62,753 nucleotides of DNA, filler included, from Choristocarpus tenellus KU-1152 (GCA_964200185.2; 7 parts of 7 records of this genome joined end to end with filler, not necessarily neighbours in it), one strand, 5' to 3'; shown: positions 24,494 through 38,679, counted from the first letter of the whole stretch. Numbers and translations: made by a program. The notes: generated from the sequence alone by a model not told the origin.

Positions 24494-27400
24494 ATGACAC
24501 GAATCATTGGGAGGGCTGTGAGGGTATCCCGCTTTCCGAGGCCACTATGGAAACTCCTACAAACGAGGAGTGCTGCCACCAGTTCTGACCGTAGATGTTC
24601 TTTTGACGTTGAAGGAGAACAGACGGTGAGTACTGTGTATTTGTCCAAGGTGTGCCTTGGTTTGGAGCAGTCTTCTTTCCAATGGAGAAGCTCGAGTGGG
24701 GTGGTTTTGCAGACAATTCATTTCTCTATATGAACTGCTGGTTCATGTGGCAGGCACCCTCATCTGATGGAGATGTACTAGGATCTAAAGCCAACGTTTT
24801 CGTAAGTCTGCGTAGAGCCAGCGCAGTATTTGATCCTGCCTTGTTACCTTCTTGTTTCCTCTTGAACTGAAATGCACGACCTGCCTCACACATATATATA
24901 TATATATTCACTAACCGGTGAATGATCTACCTAGTTCAAGGTGAAAAATCTCATCGGGGGAAGCCTGGTGGAGAGCAAGACCTCGGATTGGATCGACGTG
25001 AGGAACCCAGCAAACCAGGCTATCGTGTGCAAGGTGCCCTGTAGCACCCAGGTAGAGGTGAGACCCCATGGTAATTTCGATGCTCCACACAGGACTTCAG
25101 CAGGAAGCTAGAGATTGTATCCATTGTGGTGAAACATGGCCACCCCACCCCGATGAGAAGGACAAATGCTTGTGCTTGGTGTAATTGTCCAAGTGGCGAA
25201 AGATCGCCCCAAATTCCCAATTCGAGCCCGCCAGACGATTATTTGTACAGCTTGATATCTCGACAATTGATTCATTTTCACTGCAGTATGTACCTGGCCG
25301 GACCAAATAATCAAATCCCTGAACTGGTGTGTGGATTATCACATTGACAAATCCACTTGAAAGAGGGGAAGAGTTGCAGTGTGTTTGCCACAAGGTAATA
25401 GCTACCTGCGCCCTGTTACGATGTGTTGCTCTTTGCTTAATAGATGGAAGAGGCGGTTTCTACCGCTTCTGAGGCTTTTTTGCTTTGGAGAGAAGTGCCT
25501 GTTCAGCAGCGTCAGAGGGTAATGTTCAAGCTGCAGCACCTCATCAGGTCAGGAGTAGGGTAGGGTTGGGGCTAATGTAGAACAGGATTGTGTTGGGAAA
25601 ATGGCAAGTGATGTTGCCCTTTCTCCTATACCCCAGAATGCTCTGGCGTGGGTTAGGGTGCAAATTGTCGAAAGAGAAGTTGCATTACCACCTCCTGACC
25701 CTGTCTGCTTCAGTATTTTAGGATACTGCATGGAACTTGTGAAGGTAGACAACTCGAATGAGTTTACCCGACCCAAGCATGGTAATACTGTTTCACCTAG
25801 GAGGGTATGATTCTCAAGACACCATGGTGTTTGCCACTTACTCTTATATCACCCTTGAGTTGGAGTGATGTTCACCATGCTTTAACTAGTGCTGCTCTGA
25901 GTACAACTAGCCTAGGGCTGGCACATGAATGCTGTATGTGTTGTATAGAAGTGTCCCATTAAGATTCTGTCAGCAAGTCCGACCCTGGTTGTAAGCACGA
26001 CGTTACCATGGAAGACGTGTCTGTCCGTTACCACATACCTTCTTGTATTTTGCTAGTTCTTGACATAACCCTCTTTCCACCACCCCTCCGTATGTTCCGC
26101 TTACAAACCATTACCTCTTTGCTAATGAGGACACATTGCCGACATGTGCTCAATCCATGTTGCTTTTTCGGGTTCGTATCTCGACTGCTGGTGCTTCAAT
26201 AGTCCATTCTCTATCTTACAGTCTTGGCTTAAGACATATATTGGATAACTGATCGCGGCCATAGTTGGACCAATATGTTTTTTCTACTGTCATTGACATG
26301 TTGGAGATGCTTCATGGGGATGAGATGAAGTGGCAAAGGATATCTCCAAGTCTGCATACAATTTTTTCAACTCTCTACTACTGTTGTCCTTCCTACAAGC
26401 AAAGATCTGATGATCGTGAGCACAAACTATCGGTTGTTTGCACTGGTGTGCCACTAGTACCGAACCACTCCGACGTAAGAGTCAGTCAGGCAATACAATA
26501 CCCTAACCCTTCAATGATTAAGTACGCTCTGAAGGTTCTAACCCTAACCCTAACCCTAACAATCCAAGAATACCACGAGTCTTCCGGACCTCCCCACCCA
26601 GCCCACCAGTCAGAACCTCTTCACTCTGCTACTGCATTGCTGCAATCATGTGTTGGATGTATGACAAGCAAACACTATGTACTAGCAACAACTGTCGAGT
26701 GGGAGGCAGACTTGCCCTGTTTGTACAGCAAGCGAGGCGCTCTATTAGAATACGCAGGCAGAGTTTAGACATAGTGATTGTCAAGTAGTTTGAATGATTT
26801 GATTTGTTGGTGGCATTTTGCCGTGCAGTTACATGACAGTTACATAACAGTTACGTGATAGTAACAGTCTGTGCTGCACTTGTTTACACCCGTCAATTAT
26901 TGACTGATTGTTGAGACAAGAGCTGTGTTTTGTCAGTCAGGAAACCTTTTTTATTTATTTTTCTTCAATATTTCTGTAAGAATTCAAAATCTTGGGGTAC
27001 TAAACTGCATACATTTGTTTGTACCGCCTTTGAGGGTATTGCAAAACCATATGCAAATTTTCAATGGGAGAGAGGGAAATTTACTTTGGTGTCTTACCTC
27101 ATGTGGTGTCACTTGAGCATAGTTATTTTTTCTTTTTCTGAAATGTCTGCCTAGAGTGAGCAGAGTTCAATCCTTCAAGAGTCCTTTTGTTTGTGTGGCC
27201 CATGACTTGAGCCCTAGGTTAGGATTAGAGTTAGGGTCAGGGCTAGTGTTCAGCAGGGGCAGGGTGAGGGCAAGGGAGATTGCCTGTGCTAGTACAGTAG
27301 TGCCTTCTATTGGCTTCAGATGTTAGATTTTGGGGGATTATGTGTGTACTGCTTTTGAGAATGTTTTGTTTAGGTACTCATACTCATATCCATATACATG

Positions 27401-28671
27401 TATGAATCACATGTGTATACACAAACATAATGTACTCATACTCATAACCATGTATGTACGTAACACATATACCTACACATAGAGGTGTTAACTCAGCATA
27501 GGTGCAATGATGGTTGATGCTGCTCTTGCCTCTCTCACTTGACCAAGAAGGTCCTTGGGACTTGGATACAATAGCGCCGAATCAAGCCCAACTGAATCCT
27601 TCTTGTCTGAATCCTACCCAACGCATGGAACCCCAACACCTAAGGGAAAACACGGAATTGCTTTCAGCTAGCATCACAAGGGAACAGGGAAAGACACTGG
27701 CAGGTAACTATGTCTTTCATTTTTTTTGTGTGCATGTCCGGCCACATTGGTGTCCCCTATCTTATAGAGAGTTAAGGCGTTTTTTGTTCAAAAAATGGCA
27801 AGTGATAGGCTGGTGTTGTACAAGCCTTTTCCATAAATGAAACGGCGCTGCACTTGTCAGTTACACTTGTCAGTTACAATCCCACGGTTACTGGGCTTTT
27901 TTTTTGGTTTGTGTTTTGAATATTGGATGTTAGAATATGTATTTCTTAGCCTGTGTGTTTGCAGTTGCATTTATAGTACAAGAGGCGTTGGTGAGTATTG
28001 ATTCCTTGCTCATGCTCTTCCGCCCACGACTATTTTTCTTTGTTTGACTGAGTCAATAAAATAGATTTTTTTTTTCTTTCAAATTTTTAATCTCAACATG
28101 CAAAATATTTTCGAGGAGTAGTGTGCCGCCTTTCACGTGCATACGCAAACGCCTTCCATCCACAAAATATAAATAATATGAATAATAATAATGATATTAT
28201 TGTATGTGCAATGTTTTACTGACAAAGGGAAGTAAGGGATTGCCATGGACATGTTTTTGACATATTATGTATCACATATCCAAAGTGTATGCAATTATTA
28301 GAAAAATAATATTTTCTCTTTTTTTCCCCACCAGTACGAATGCAGTAAACATCTGTATGAAAAAAAAAAACATTTTTGAGGGAGGGTGACCTCCGCACAC
28401 CACTTTGGGTGTACACTACAACATCCTTGTATATGTTGAATTATCTATTTTTCTAGTCCAATTTTATCGCATAGTTGAGTCTATAATAAATTTTGTAATG
28501 AGTTCTTCTCTGCGACGATATATCAAGATGCGAGAGGCGACGTCTTCCGGGGTTTGGAGGTGGTTGAGCAGGCGTGTGGTGCAGCATCAGCCATGATGGG
28601 GGAGACCCTTCAGGGACTTGCTGTGGGGGTGGATACGTACTCATATCGTGAGCCCTTGGGGGTGTGTGCAG
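24494..28671 (+). CDS. ALDH6A1: Mitochondrial methylmalonate-semialdehyde dehydrogenase (ALDH6), first 6 exons; 3' part not found on this contig
   Basis: Exons 24494-24625 (Arg-rich transit peptide MTRIIGRAVRVSRFPRPLWKLLQTRS), 24754-24801, 24935 or 24941-25057 (VKNLIGGSLVESKTSDWIDVRNPANQ), 25444-25547 (WREVPVQQRQRVMFKLQHLIR), 27645-27703 (ITREQGKTLA), 28528-28671 (DARGDVFRGLEVVEQACG..MMGET..VDTYSYREPLGVCAG). Confidence 0.93.
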
Positions 28672-28677
28672 GTAAGA

Positions 28678-28860
28678 GCTAGGGGTGGGGGGTTATCGTA
28701 AGGATTGGGGTTTTAGGGTTTTAGGATTTTACTGGTAGGGTTAGGGTAAGGGTTTTCCGTTGGAGTTAGGGTAGGACTTTTCCATTTGGATTAGTGTTTT
28801 AGGGCTTGGGGTTAGGGTATGGGTTTTAGGGTTAGGGCTGGGGTTAGGTTTGGGCTGGGT
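28678..28860 (+). repeat. Degenerate interstitial telomeric (TTAGGG-like) tract right after an MMSDH exon donor
   Basis: Many TTAGGG/TTTAGGG/CTAGGG variants over ~180 bp. Confidence 0.8.
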
Positions 28861-30642
28861 CTTGACGGAGGTTTCTTTTTGTGAGGTATTGACAAGTGAC
28901 AAAGGATTGAGAGCCTTGATGCCGTGTGCGTGCTTTGGACTTGAGAGGGAAAGTACCTGAGGTGCATGAGAAAGAACAGTATGTGTATGGTATATGGTAT
29001 ATGTTAAGTGTAGCCAAAACAAGCAGTAAGGTGCGTTGTTTTCTCCCCATGTACTCCATGTATACACAGGTGTGATAAACGCTCTCTGATCTCATCGAAT
29101 CCTACCTCCTTCGAATGACCCAGCAACCGAAGAAGTGCTGACATTGTTGACATTGCTGACATTGTTGATGTTGTTGGAGGGACTTCTTTCCCTTCGGGTT
29201 AGGAGTAGTACATGGACACAGGTCTGATCATTGACAGGCCCGTATTCGAACATATGATAGACAACAATGTAGTTATTATCTTCCGATTGTCGCTTGTCCT
29301 TAATCTCCTATCTGTACCCCACAAGAACAGAAGAAGGCAGTGTTGAACTGGGCCCTGGGGTTTGTTTACCATCGAAGATAGGTAGGGATGGGTCAGAATC
29401 ATGCCAATGTTTTGTTTGAGAATTGGGAGGCTTTATTCGGCTCGATTCAATCACAGTTGAGGTACAATACTTGGAAGTGCAAGTAACACCTAACTGTAAT
29501 TCAGTATAATGACAATTATTCAGTTATTTTGTATTATTATTATTATTATTATTATCATTTATTTGATGTTGAGCAGTAGGAGACTCGCAACTATTTAAGT
29601 ACAGACAGGTCGTTTAGGGCTAGGGTTAGAGTTAGGGTTAGGGTTGGATTTTGTTTTCTTGCCATTTCAATCTCATAAACACGTCCAGGTCAGCTAGCAC
29701 CGTGCACCTTCGTAGGCGTGTACGCAATACGCCTGACATGTTGACGCCCTTTGTGAACTAACACACTCAACAAGAGGGGGCCGCCTACGGCAGATGTCTC
29801 ACACCAACGCATGGTACAACTGTTAGGTGTTGAGTCATTGGTACACGATTTTACCTCAATGAACCCTTGGGTTATACTGTCTTGAGTGCTATTCAACTTC
29901 ATGTTGACACGCCTTTTGATACCGTTGAAAACCTCGGCGGATGCTGCCTGTAGGGCCCTGTAGATAAGTATCCCTTGAACGCATCTCTTGGGCTGTAGCT
30001 AGCTCACACGGCTACTGGACTTGAAAGGGCCTATGCCCCTTATTGTTTAAAATGGTGCACAATGGGTTGGTTCTCTGTTGAACAACAGATGACTAGGTAC
30101 GCTCCTTCTTGATTCATTTGATTCAGGATCATCGGCCTGGTCTCTGTTGGTACACCAAGCAAGAAATTCATCGCAGTTGTCCTTCCAAGTCAGATAGGAG
30201 TATATACATATGTGTATGTATATACATACATAAGTATCTATTGCAGGACATGCTGTAGCCCTTGCCGGCGACGGACGTCATGCAAGGTGGTGTGGTGTTC
30301 TTGTCTAGTTCACACACTCTGTAGAAGAGATCCAGCTGAGTCATCTCTGCTGGGAACATTGGTTTAGCCAAGGTGTTGGCATTAGGGGTAGTGCCCTGTG
30401 TCTGGCTCCACCTCTTCATCACGCTTTGAGGAGAGATAGGGTTAGGGTTAGGTCTAGGTTTGTTTTTCCTGGGTGTGGGGGTGAGGATATGGTCCGAACA
30501 TCCTTTGATCCCTAACCCTAACCCATTATTATAATATGCCTCTAAAGCACTTGAGTGTGTCTACTGTAACCACTCCAGTGAGCCAATACATGTCCTGTAT
30601 AAAAAATAAATTAATGTGGGTCATAGTTCTGGAAGAAAAACA

Positions 30643-30940
30643 TAGGTTGGGGATAGGGTTAGGGTTAGGGTTAGGGTTAGGGTTAGGAGCCCTCTCCCCC
30701 TCATGCCACATTGCTCTCAAAGAGCCCATAAAACGGTCTCAACTCTCTCGCTCCTCCTCAAGTCAAAGTGTGATTGATTGTGTGATTGTGCCACTCACCC
30801 CTTCACCTCAAATCTCCCCAGTTGTTAATTTGAATTCAAAATGCAGTGCCCAAGAAACAAGTGCTATGTATGTATTCTGAGCATGTCGCGTGGAAACGCC
30901 TGTGTTAGGGTTAGGGTTAGGGTTAGGGTTAGGGTTGGGG
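30643..30940 (+). repeat. Two interstitial (TTAGGG)4-5 arrays
   Basis: Perfect hexamer runs at ~30654-30687 and ~30905-30935. Confidence 0.9.
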
Positions 30941-31421
30941 TTTGTGTTAGTGTGTTGGTTTGTTTGCAATGGTGCAGTTGTAAACAAAGACATACAAGAA
31001 TGTTGACGGTGGTTTGGTAGTTGTGCATATCAGGTACTCTTGTCTATGGCATGTACCTACTCCCCTGCAGTGACATACCTCCAGAAAGTTTGGGGGGTAC
31101 GTTTTAAAGTACTGGATCACTCCGATCACGTGTAGCTTGACAATTCCTCCTCTGCAACCCTTCATCAACCAATATTTTCCAGCTATACTTTCTTCAGTGA
31201 AATGAATTGTGTAAGGTATTATATTGTAGGAGATGACTCTTCTGGTGGTACAGAAAGAGGTCAGAAATAGGTATTAGCAAGAGGTTCGTGCCCGTGGCAG
31301 GCAGGGGTTATGACTTGATTCAACCAGGAAAGGGTTTCATACCCCCCCCCCCCCCCCCCCCAGAGTGGTTATGGTTCAGTTCGATAATATTTAAATTCTT
31401 TTTTTTTTTTTGGGGGGGGGG

Positions 31422-31521
31422 NNNNNNNNNNNNNNNNNNNNNNNNNNNNNNNNNNNNNNNNNNNNTTAATTAATTAANNNNNNNNNNNNNNNNNNNNNNN
31501 NNNNNNNNNNNNNNNNNNNNN
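31422..31521. other. Artificial contig linker
   Basis: N44-TTAATTAATTAA-N44. Confidence 0.97.
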
Positions 31522-32545
31522 GGCATACACGTGCACGACGATGAAACGAAATCATTGCCGCCCCCCACACACTGTACTACTACCACATCCGGCACGGATT
31601 CCCATTCAAAAAGGGGCCCTAAAAAAGTGCCGCAACATTTATAAAAAAAAGCATACCGACACTTTTTCCCGGTCAATTTTGGGTCAAACTCATCCTCCAT
31701 AGTATCCTCCATCCTCAATTTTGAGAATACGCTGTTATTTGGAGTAGTTTGTCATTTTTATCCACACATCAACTTGCAAGGAAAGTATTTTTGTCTCTAT
31801 GTGCATCCAAGTATTCTGAACTAGCATCTGCACACATTTCACTCTGCAGAGGAGGCATCATTTCAAGCAAGAATCCCTCCATTTTCTTGTGTTTTCAACT
31901 TTTGTCATTACTGTTTTGCAACAGGTTGATGCTTTTTAGTGAATGGCAACGTGAGTATATTCTAGTACTTCAAAGTATCAAGCAGTACAATTTTTTGGCA
32001 ACCTATGGAATTATGATTCTTTTTTATGTTGACTTGCCCTTGTGTTTCTTGCCCAGATTATATGCTATGGAAAGCAGGGTAGTTCATAGTCCAATTAGTT
32101 TATCAGTGTATTATTTGGAACAGTCAACTGAGGGTTCTCCACTCCCCTCTTGACCATTGCATTAACTCTTAAGTTACAGTCAGTCCTTGTCTGTCCATCT
32201 GCCACAGTAATATATGAATGTCTTCATCAAGCATTACTACCTACCAAAATTCTCTGCCACATCATGGTAATAATCACAATACTCCCAATCTCAATAATTT
32301 TTCATACCAATGATGGTACGGGTAAGAAAAGATCAATTTTGTCCACAAAAAATAATGAGGTAAAAATACATGAGATAAAGATGGAGTAGAATTTGATGAC
32401 TTTGTGTAGGCTATACTTGATACATTTCATACAGCAGGACCTAGTGGTAAACCGTCAATTTGATACCAAGTTCTAAAGTGGCATCAATGTTGTTCCATGC
32501 TTCTTGCATGCTGTAAGGAATTTCATCTGAAAAATAGGAAAAAAA

Positions 32546-34047
32546 AATCCTCCGTTCTGAATTAAATATAAATATAACTTAACTTTTGCAGCCCCAATGA
32601 AAAGGCAAGCTTTTTTGCACATGTTCATATTTTATGGGTGTATTGTGGCAACACAAAAAGATTGCCCTCCAAAATCTCAAGCAAATGGAGCAGCCTATAC
32701 CTATCTATGATTCTGCCCCTGAAGCCCTCCAAAACTCCATTCCAGCACAGTATTTCGCAACATCCACCAGGGTATCCAGGGGGAGCTTCCCCATCTTCTC
32801 AGTCTTTTCCTTGCCAAAATGGGGAGTTTTGACAATGTTGTCACCCTTCACCGTAGATTGTGAACAGGCTCTGCTAGATACACATTAGTGTCTCCTGGGG
32901 GTACACATCGAACACCTCCATTGTGGCCTCCACTAGCTCCTCTGTGTTGGTCACCCCCACATCTTCCTTGCTAAATGGAATGAAAGAATCACAGGTCGTT
33001 GACGTTGAGGTCAGGTGAGTTGGCTGACTGGATCTGCTATGACAATGTTGTTCCCCTCAGCCTCCTCATTTCCTCCATGATCTCCCCCTTGGTCTGTGAC
33101 TTTGCCCTGTCCTGCTGTACAAATATGATGTGTCCTTCTGGCCTAGTCATGCGAGCCTTGATTGTCGGGATGACATTCTCGATCATGAGCTTCTTATACC
33201 TCTCCCCGCCCACCATGGCTAGCACAATACCTTAGTGCCCTTGGGGCAGTGTTCACTGGAGTGCTGAGCGACCATAGTGTTCACGGTTGACCAGATCCCA
33301 TTTTTCCCATTGAACCACACCACATTGGAGAGCTTCCTAGGGCAAGCCATGGCTCTAAGGAATATCACTTTGGTAATGTAATGCTTATTCTATGCCCATG
33401 GGAGTTTGGGGAGGTCGGTCCTCAGTGGGGTGCAGGTAAACACCTTGCCCATCCTTGAGGGTGTAAAACCACTCCTCATCCACATGCACCCAGTAATAGA
33501 CATGGTCCACTAACAACCCTCTTTCCCCCCCCTGTGCATGTGACTGATGACAAAACCCACCCTGTCAACTTTCTCCTGGTGTGAGAGGACTGGCTTAATC
33601 AACCGCTTGACCTTCACCTTCTCGAGCTTGCACAGATCCCACACAACAAGCCAAGGGAGACCTCTGGCCGCCCATTTGTGGGAGGATGTGCAGTATACCG
33701 ATGTGATATCCCAAACATTGAGGATACTTGTACAGCAGCTACACATCACACGTTGCAGCACTGTGCAAGGTCCATGCATACACCTCATGCAATCAGGCTG
33801 CCATACTCCTCCAGATGACAGAACACAGTGATTCAGGAAATTCCAAAGTACTCCGTGATGGCTGCTGCTGTCTCCCAAGGCATCTGAGTCTTGCACCCTC
33901 TGATGCCAGGCCACCATCTCTAATTTTGGACGCTTCTCGATTTATATGAGAAGTGAGCCTTATCGAGAGGGTTTATCACGCGGGTCTTTCTTGGGCGAGA
34001 ACGTAGCTTGCAAAAGTTATGTTACATTTAATTCCAAACGGAGGAAG
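32546..34047 (-). mobile_element. Decayed ~1.5-kb mariner (plant-mariner/DD39D-like group) with Stowaway-type TIRs
   Basis: Minus-strand pieces: IKPVLSHQEKVDRVGF, WVHVDEEWFY, KHYITKVIFL, WFNGKNGIW, IFVQQDRAK, QSANSPDLNVNDL*FF, with stops and frameshifts. TIRs: TCCTCCGTTCTGAATTAAAT at 32548 and ATTTAATTCCAAACGGAGGAAG|TA ending at 34047. Confidence 0.88.
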
Positions 34048-35381
34048 TATGTTTTTTTGGATTTCACAACTCAAATTCCAATACCTGTAGACCTGTGTTG
34101 TGTCAAAACGTTGTCCACTGGGAGGTCAACCACAGTTACCCATGTGGAATTTTGGGGCCACAATGCTGGGTTCTCCTCCATCATACAATAAACACATAAA
34201 TCAGCGTAATACACTCAATTATTTTACCCTGGTTGTGAAGAAATCTTGACTAACAGGATCATGAGTTCCTCAGTGTATTCAAAAGTCAAGGAGACTGCTC
34301 CCTCTGATATTGCCAGAAAGTGTGTAGAACCTGGACTGCAGTTATGTGACAAAGTGGTACATATAATAGGGGTGTTTAGTAAGTACACATATTCCACTCC
34401 AATGTACTGTGAAACAACACGCACAAAAAGGTAAATTAACTTGGCTACGTACAGGTGCCATTCTTGAGGTACAAGAAACGCCCTACCTTGAGCTGACTTC
34501 TTAAGCTTTACTCCACTTTGAGATGACTTTTGTGTGTTGATGTGCTGGGTGGTGCAAAACAATAGGCAATGTGCAGTTCTTGCTACAGATAACATAGCCA
34601 ACAAACACACTTGCTTGATGCGACAACTCCTTTGAGGCGGCTCACCCATTTCAAAGATCCAGTAAATATTGTGGGTTGAGCATGATAGCAGGGAGTATTG
34701 AGCAAAATATATTACATGGACAGCAATGGAAGTAGTCTCTATGCCGCAAAAATATATTAACAGTAATGTCAAACAACATGCAACAAACTTTTCTTCAAGT
34801 CAATCATTCGCCTCAAAATATGCAACCCCCAATTCCACCATTTACACATTACACCATGGAACATAAAAAATATACATGTACTGCAGTCTTCAAGTACGTT
34901 ATACTAGTACCAGTACTTACAATCAAATATAGGGGAAAAGAAACACATTGCAGCACGGCCTGCAGGATGTTAACATACTAAGTGATATCTACTTATGCTA
35001 AGTGATATCTACTTTCTCCTTCCATTTAGAAGTACTCTGTATATATATATATCCTGAAATCTCCCCCTCTTCTTACAAAGGTCTAAGTTGTTTGATCCTA
35101 TCACAGTATGCATGGTATTCACTACAATGGAAACATGCAAACTCCACCCTTCCTTGCCAGGAAGATATGAAACAGACAACTAAGTACCGGATAGAACTAA
35201 AATGATGCACAAAGCAATGAACCCTGTTGATAAAATCATTGTGCCTGTGAAAAATATTTCATCTTGCCTAGATTCCTGTTGGTCCCTTCAACAAGCGAAA
35301 TTCAAACTAAACCTATCATGTAGTTGGACTGCCAAAGAAGGCATGTATTCCCATCAAGCCTGTTCCCTGACATACACTGTC

Positions 35382-38300
35382 TTAGAGGGATACATAGACT
35401 TCTGGACATCCACTCCTGGCCTCTCCAGTCTTGGTATAGAGCATGAAGTCCGAGAGCATGTCCTCAAGCAATTTTGAAATCATATCTGAGCTACCAGGCC
35501 ATATCTTAAGCATGTCCTGCAGTCACGTTATGTATGGAAGGGACACGGTTTCAAGTCTTGAAATGCTTGAGGTACACGATTTGTTGAACGCATGGAACAA
35601 TGGGACTTGATAGTTGGACCTATTTCATCCAGAAAATACATAACCTGTACTGAAGAAACATATCCTTGTCCTGTACACACTCCCTGCCTTGGTTTTCATC
35701 AGTTACGATTCTGTGATACACTCACTCTCTACGTCATAGCCAACTACTATTAATACTACTATTAATACTAATTATAATACTACCTACTACTAATACCACT
35801 ACCACTACCACTACTACTGAGCATTCATCATAGATGGAGGAAGAAACAACTCTTTCCTTTTCATACTAAGAAATACAAAAACATGTAACAGAGTGTGTTG
35901 CACTCCACAACAAACTCCAATACCATGATTCAGTATATTAAAACATTCAGTACTAGAAGTTCAAGAAAGTACCCAGTACCGGAAAACAATCTGAAGTCTA
36001 GGCCGTGCAGCAACTAACCCAAAAATATCAAGGAAAAGGTGCTTTTTTTTATACGTATCAATAGTTTCCTCCCATTATGATTTACACCACATTGATACTG
36101 ACCACCCCTACATAATTTTGCTCTCTGCTAGTAACACCCCATCCCTTCAGTTGGCATGATTATGCATATTTCCCTCTTTATCAAGGGGACCAATGGCAGG
36201 TGGGGAACAAAAGGATAAACCCTAACCCTAAAGGAATATGTCGTAGGCACTGATGACTGCCAATGCCATAAAACCTTAGGAGGGTCAACGTATCATTAAC
36301 ATCTATGGGAATATAGTCTGTATCACATTCACGTATTCAAGTATGAGGACTGTCAGCAACAAAGGAGAATCACCTCTTACTAGTCTTTCATATCCATTCT
36401 AACAAATATTTCTGCATGGCCCTAACACACCTGTTCTAACTAATTGATTTCAGCACAGTCCTCCTACCATCAAGCCTAGAGTTCTAGCGAATGAATGCCT
36501 GCAATGCAATACCAGTATAGACAATAGTATACACAATAGTATACACAATTGTCACGAAGTAGAAGATCTATGTTGAAAGAGGTGCCTCTTACTATTGTGC
36601 AAACCTCTATCCAAACATTTTGGCTTCAACATTTTGTTGCAGTAACATGTGTCAAGATCAAATGCAGGCTGTTGGAATGCCCTTTTGCCCAGGTTGACAA
36701 ATACCCATTAAAGGCTGAGGGTTGGTTTCATAGGGATCAAACTTTCCCCCTTCAGGGTGCTTTCTTGAGAGGGGGGAGTCAGTATATAAAGGGAGGAGTT
36801 AAGATCTGGTTCCTGAAAACTGCCAACACACATATAGACCATATTTCCTTGGGCAGTGTGTGACCGATCTTTCTTTTGAATCTTGATTGGCATCACAGAA
36901 GAATGGACAAAGGGGTATAGTCCTTGCCATATCCAAACATTCATTATAGTGTCAAATTCTCACATCTTGGTTCAAGTTTGTTATATATTTGAATAACAAA
37001 CATATCAAACTTTGATAGTTTGAAGGCTTGTCATGTATGGTAACTGTTTCACACCAGGTAGGTACTTTCGCCCTTACTCAAAATCAGGAGTTAAAACACA
37101 TATCAACCACATATAGCCTGAAAAAAGCTCTGTATGTGCATGTTAGTGATTATTAGCCACAAATTATTCAGGTTGGTTAGGAAATGGTCTTCTCAATATA
37201 ATTTATGGTACTGTGAAGTACATACAGTGTAGCAAACCAATTCACCTGGAGTGCCAGGCCATCTCCTCCAGTCTCTTGAATCTGCTTGAATAGTGATTCT
37301 GCAGATAGGACTTCCTTGGATTCCTTGGATTCCTTGCCAATTTTCTCTTGAGTCTGACTCTGAGTTTTCAAGGAAGGTGTGGCATCACCACTGCCCACAG
37401 GTGATACAACTAGATCCCCCTCCTTTGCTTCTGTCACAAGCGAGGTGACCTCATCCTTCTCATCCTTCTCATTCTTTTGACCTCCTTCCTGCCGGTCCTT
37501 GTAAGAGGGCACAAACAGCTCTGCCTTGGGTGCCACAATCACACCTGCACCGCCCTGCAGTCCACCACTACCTGTGGCCATTCTGGAAGATAATCCCCAT
37601 CGACCAGCACCAGTCCCATAGATGTGAGGTGGGAAACACTGTTTGTTGATACTGTTTGGAGCTGTGGGTGCCCAAGGTAGAGGGCGCTTCTTCCCTCTCA
37701 CATTGTCAGTACCTAGGGAGGGTTTAGCAGGGGGTTGTGGACAGACTCTATCCACTTGGGGGAGTGAGTTACCCTTGCTCTCATAGCGAAGGCGAGCTAG
37801 CAACAACCTGACCCAGGACAACAGCATACATAACATCACAATACATCACATCACAGTATGAAAAGGTGAGGGGTCAGATGGTCTAGAAATGCCATGTGAC
37901 ACGTGCAGTTTAGTCTCTTGTTGCACTGATGTCTACAATTTGCTGAATGGTTGACAACTTGTAGGTCCCAACTTGTTCATATCCACCATAGTCTAGTTAC
38001 ATACACTATATAACTATTTTGGATGTTTCATTTGTGGTACATGATGTTTTTGAGGACAATGCACAGGTCATTTTCAATACATGCCTTACAGGGAGTGGCT
38101 GGCAGTGTAGCTGTTTAGTGTTGACATACATGAAGACCATACTTCAAAGCTGACAACTGCTGGTATACTCATGAAGTGAATATAATATACCATACAAGAG
38201 GTCACCATCATCCTATTCCCATATAGACAAACACTAGTCAAAACAATCACGCTGATTGTGATCCTCCATCCATGCAGCATTGCAGGAGACCAGTCAATCA

Positions 38301-38589
38301 CACCCCACCAAACATTTGCACATATTGATAGGATATCAAGAGGTCATATTCTGTGCAATCAAGGTCATCCCCTTTACAACCTTTCAAATGAGTGAGGAAG
38401 AAGAGTCCAAGGATGATGATGAAGAACATGTACAAAACAATTGAGAGAAAGGGCCAACCCTTACTTGATCGTGTTGTATGCATTTGAGTCTGTTCCTGGA
38501 GGGAGTTCATCAAAGATGGGCTTCAAGCGGAAGCCAGTTGCCAGAGGGCCCAGTCCACTTGCTTTGAAGTTATCAACAACACCCAAAAC
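35382..38589 (-). CDS. 3' end (3 exons) of a probable RecQ/WRN-like helicase: C-terminal HTH, low-complexity linker, terminal winged-helix-like domain
   Basis: Exons 38589-38465, 37807-37246, 35516-35382 splice in phase. GFRLKPIFDELPPGTDSNAYNTIK|LLLARLR resembles the HTH_40 signature LKPIxxxLP...YxxIKxxLA. The protein ends ...GLALQ|DMLKIWPGSSDMISKLLEDMLSDFMLYTK...VYVSL*. Confidence 0.6.
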
Positions 38590-38679
38590 CTTTCCACAAA
38601 TGAACAGAGGTAACAGAGATAAGGGTCAAAGTATCTGAGTGGGGGGGGGGGGGGGGGTGCGAGGGGGGGGCCGTGCTTG

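Noticed and set aside
29100-30430. Coding-like minus-strand segments downstream of the last identified MMSDH exon
   Set aside because: Interrupted by stops with no identifiable motif. Probably decayed mobile DNA, but I cannot assign it.
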